Source: Scenedesmus sp. PABB004
Lineage: Eukaryota
Length of the DNA: 64,000 nucleotides
NCBI GenBank assembly: GCA_014905635.1
Contig: JABVCE010000003.1
Location: forward strand, 1,364,001 to 1,428,000
Direction: 5' to 3'
The notes beneath the pieces are model-generated. The model saw nothing but the letters and a program-made list of their open reading frames with translations, searched no databases and had not been told where the DNA came from. This document shows, in pieces, positions 60,901 through 64,000 of this stretch. Within the stretch, counting starts at the first letter, position 1. Each line of letters opens with the position of its first letter. The translations under genes were made by a program, and so were the position numbers.

Positions 60901-61275
60901 GCGGGGCTGCGCTACGGCGCGGTCCCGCTCGCGACGGCGACCGGCGGCCTCGCCGATGTCGTCGGGCCGGGCGTGGGCTACGTGCTCGCCAACCCCGGCC
61001 CCGAGGGCGACACCGCGGGCTTCCGGCGCGGCGTCGCCGACCTCGCCGCGACGATGGCGGCCGCGGGGGCCGAGTACGGCTCGCCCGGCTTTGCCGCGCG
61101 CCGCGCCGCCGCGATGGCGGTGGACGTGTCGTGGGACGCGCCCTGCGCCGCGTGGGAGGAGCTGCTGACGCAGCTCGCGGCGCGCGAGGCGGCCGGCGGC
61201 GGCGGTGCCGAGCCGGGCGGCGCGCCCGGGCCGGGCGCGGTGCCCGGCGGCGGCGCCGTGCGGCGCAGCCGCTGA
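56719..61275 (+). CDS. Starch synthase (GT5, GBSS-like) with very large low-complexity insertions; predicted 1327 aa
   Basis: Exons 56719-56886, 57220-57311 and 57552-61275. Motifs EVAPWSKVGGLGDV, GHRVMTVSP, GVDRVFVDHP, VFVANDW, HNFGYQG, GILNGLD, FVGRLTAQKG, VPSRFEPCGL and TGGLADVV. TGTAA at 62020-62024. Confidence 0.92.
59553..59654 (+). repeat. 9-bp CAGCAGTCG tandem repeat (QQS)n inside the starch synthase CDS
   Basis: Directly visible. Further coding repeats lie at about 57922-57978 (AGC, poly-Ser) and 58755-58945 (AQQAPQQ units). Confidence 0.9.
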
Positions 61276-62465
61276 CGCGGCGCCGCCCGTGCGCGCCCGC
61301 GCTCGCCCGTGGGCGCCTTGCTGCTGCGCATGCTGTGCCCGCGCATCTGTGCCCTCGTCCGCCCAATGAAGCGCCGGCTGCTGCGCTCGCCACCTGCGTC
61401 GCATGGCGTGTATCAATATCTTGCGTCCCCTCTTTGGTCAAAGCAGCTCGCCGCAGTCGTCGTCGTCGTCGTCGCCGTCGCCATTTGATTTGAGCGCGCC
61501 GTCGGTGGCTCGCTGGACACTGTGCCCGGCAGGCGGCCTCAACGCATGCGCGCGCGCCGCGGGCCTGGCGCGGCGTGCGCCCCGGGGGGAAGGGGAGGAG
61601 GGGCTCTTTGATCAGAGCGCCCGGCGCTCGCCGCCGGGGCCGTTTTGCGTGTGATGATGCGTGCGAGAGTCGCAGGGCGTGGGGGGCGAGCGAGAGCATG
61701 AACGAGTGCCGAGGCGGCGGCACGGCCGGGGCGCGCGCCGTGCGCGCTGCTCGTGACTGGGTGGTGCCGGCCAGCTCGTGATGGCGCGTGGCGCGACGGC
61801 GCTCTCCTGCAGGGCTGGCGTGGGGGAGGGAGCGCCCCTGCGCCCTGTCCGCGCGCCGGCGTGTGCGTGGTGCTGACGGTGATGACTGGTGTTGGACGAT
61901 GATGACACACACACACTCACACTCACGAACGCACGCCTGCGCCGCGCGCGGGGCGCTTGAGCCCTGCGCCGCCGGCGACGGGTCGCGCGGCGTAAGCCGC
62001 GCGCACCGACTGTTGCCGGTGTAACTGCGGCGTCCCACGCACCCCCGCCGGCTCAGCAGCACGGCTCGTCGCACCGCGAGACGTCCGCTGCTCGCTCCGC
62101 TCCGCTCGCCGCAGCCGCGCGCCGCCGCCCGCACGCGGCCAGCTGCTGCACCTGCGTCCATCGCGCTCAGCATCGCTCTGATCGGACCAGCGCACCGGCG
62201 CGAGGCGGCCGCGGTCCAGGCGGCGGCGGCGGCGGCGGCACATCGCCGAGCAGCTGCGCTCGCCGCGCGCCGCTGCCCCGGGCGCTGCAGCGGCGGCGCG
62301 ATGCGGCCGTGACGGCGGCATGGCGGTCGAAATCCGGGGCCTGAGCCCGCCAGTGGCGTTCGGGGCCGGCGGCCGCGCGGTCGGCGCGGCGGCGGCAGCA
62401 GCGGCGGCGCAGGCGTCCCGCGCCGCGCCGCGCGACGACGCCTGAGCGCGCCGGTGGCGGCAGCC

Positions 62466-64000
62466 ATGCAAGCGTCGCTGGACCTGGCGTCCTACGTGGC
62501 CGCGCTGCCGCCAGACGTCAAGGTCGAGGTGTTTGCGAGCCCCTGGACGAGCCAGGCGCTCTTCCGCGCGCTGCCGCAGCTCGCGCAGCAGTTTGTGCTG
62601 CGCCTGCTGTACGTGGACGGCCCCCTGCCAAAGGGTACGCACAGGCCCGGGCGGCGGCCACGCCCGGCGGCGGGGCGCGCGTGCGCCGCGCAGCGCCGCC
62701 CATCGCACGCGCGGCCGCCGCCGCAGACTCGCTGCGCCTGTGGGTGGTGCCGGGCGCGGAGGCGCAGTCGCACAACGCCGTGCACCAGCTGGAGCTGCTG
62801 TCGCTGCTCACCTCGGACCGGCCAGGGCACGTGCAGCTGCACCCCTCGTTCCAGGCGTGCCTTCGTGCGGCGCTGTCCGGCAGGTGAGACGCCGCAGCGC
62901 CGCGGCGGCGGCGCGCCGGCGCGCACGGCGTGGGAGCGCCGAGCGCCGCGCGCGCTGCGCGCCCGCCGCGCCAGGGGCCTGGCGGCGGACGGGCTCGGCG
63001 GCGGCGTCACGCTGAGCGCAGCGAGCCTCAAGCACATGCGCGAGGAGGCGTCGCGGCACTGGCAGGCGCGGCGGCGTCGCGCCGCGCGCGGCGCCCCCGC
63101 GGCGCCGGCCCCGGCCGCGCGCCCTGCGCCGCTGCGCGCAGCGCTCCCACGCAGCCGCGGCCCCGCGGTCCACCCCCAGGATGTGCTCATGTACCTGCTG
63201 GACTGTGACGAGCAGCTGGCCATGCCGGACGGCGTGGTGAGGCCGTCGCCCCCCCCCCCCCCCCCCAGCGGAGGCAGCGGGGCAGCGGGGCGGCCGCGCG
63301 CGCGGCCGCAGGCTGGCGCGCCCGCCCACGCCCACCTCGGCGCGCCGCCGCACCGCAGGCCGCCAAGCCGCTCAGCATACAGGCGCTGCTGCGCTCCGCG
63401 GGGCTCGTCGCCGGCCAGGGGCGCAGGTGCGGCGGCGGCGCTCGCCGCGGCCGCGCTGCCCGTCGCCGGCCGCGCCCCCCTCACGCCCGCGCCGCTGCCT
63501 GGCGGGCGCCGGGGCGGGCGCCCAGGCACGAGCTGACGGCGGCGGGGTTCCGCTACCTGCTCAAGAGCACGGCGGAGCAGGTGTGGGTGCTGCTGCGAGA
63601 GTACATCAAGGGCGCGGAGGCGACCTCGGGTGCGCCGCGCACGGCGCGCCGCCGGCCGCCGCGGGCGCGCGCGGCCGCGCCGAGCGGGGGAGCGCGTGCG
63701 ACCGCCGCCGCCGCCGCCGCCGCCGCTGCCGCCGCCGCGCCGCAGGCAAGGAGCTGGGCTCCACGCTGAGCTTCCTCATGCAGCTGAGCTTCCGCCGCGC
63801 CTGGGCGCCCTGCCCGCTCTCGGCGCTGAGCGCGCAGGAGCAGGACATCGCCAGCCACATGGCCCAGCTCGGCCTGGTGCACACGTTTGTGCAGGACGGC
63901 GCGACGTGCTTTTGCGCGACCCCGCTCGCAGCCACGCTCGTCGGCGGCGGCGGCGGCGGGGCCGGCAGCGGCGCGGCGGAGGGCGACGCCGCCGGCGGCG
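62466..64000 (+). CDS. TFB2: TFIIH subunit 4 (p52/Tfb2), 5' part; runs off the window end
   Basis: ALFRALPQLAQQFVLRLLYV, LHPSFQACLRAAL, HWQDVLMYL, ELTAAGFRYLLKSTAEQVWVLLREYI, LSFLMQLSF and TPLA all fit the Tfb2 pattern. Confidence 0.9.

Noticed and set aside
61400..62450. Possible small genes between starch synthase and TFB2
   Set aside because: Only short or low-complexity ORFs. TGTAA at 62020 suggests most of it is the starch synthase 3'UTR.

Overview
Gene-dense, very GC-rich, intron-rich eukaryotic nuclear DNA, almost certainly from a chlorophyte green alga. Support for this: plastid-targeted genes, an OPR protein, TGTAA poly(A) signals and TTTAGGG-type repeats. Most long ORFs in the supplied track are GC artefacts; the real genes are split by short GT-AG or GC-AG introns, which I spliced by hand. 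About 24 genes, in order: CYB5D1 3' end, dihydroorotate dehydrogenase, TL17 pentapeptide protein, NDUFA12-family protein, R2R3-MYB, an orphan, SWAP splicing factor, SRPBCC-like protein, a large secreted propeller/lipase/Cys-repeat protein, PILS carrier, a 69-aa membrane microprotein, CDC20, RanGAP, a membrane-anchored ATP-grasp protein, A20/AN1 zinc finger, DDX41-like helicase, OPR protein, a Cys-knuckle/Gln-rich protein, GTP cyclohydrolase II, two small orphans, MTHFR-like protein, an expanded starch synthase and the 5' part of TFIIH p52. Most notable: a duplicated alternative C-terminal exon in GTP cyclohydrolase II; the multidomain secreted lipase; telomere-like repeats at intron branch-point positions; many GC-AG introns; two local duplications of promoter-containing DNA; and a starch synthase about twice normal size. 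Family assignments come from motif recognition only, not database searches.
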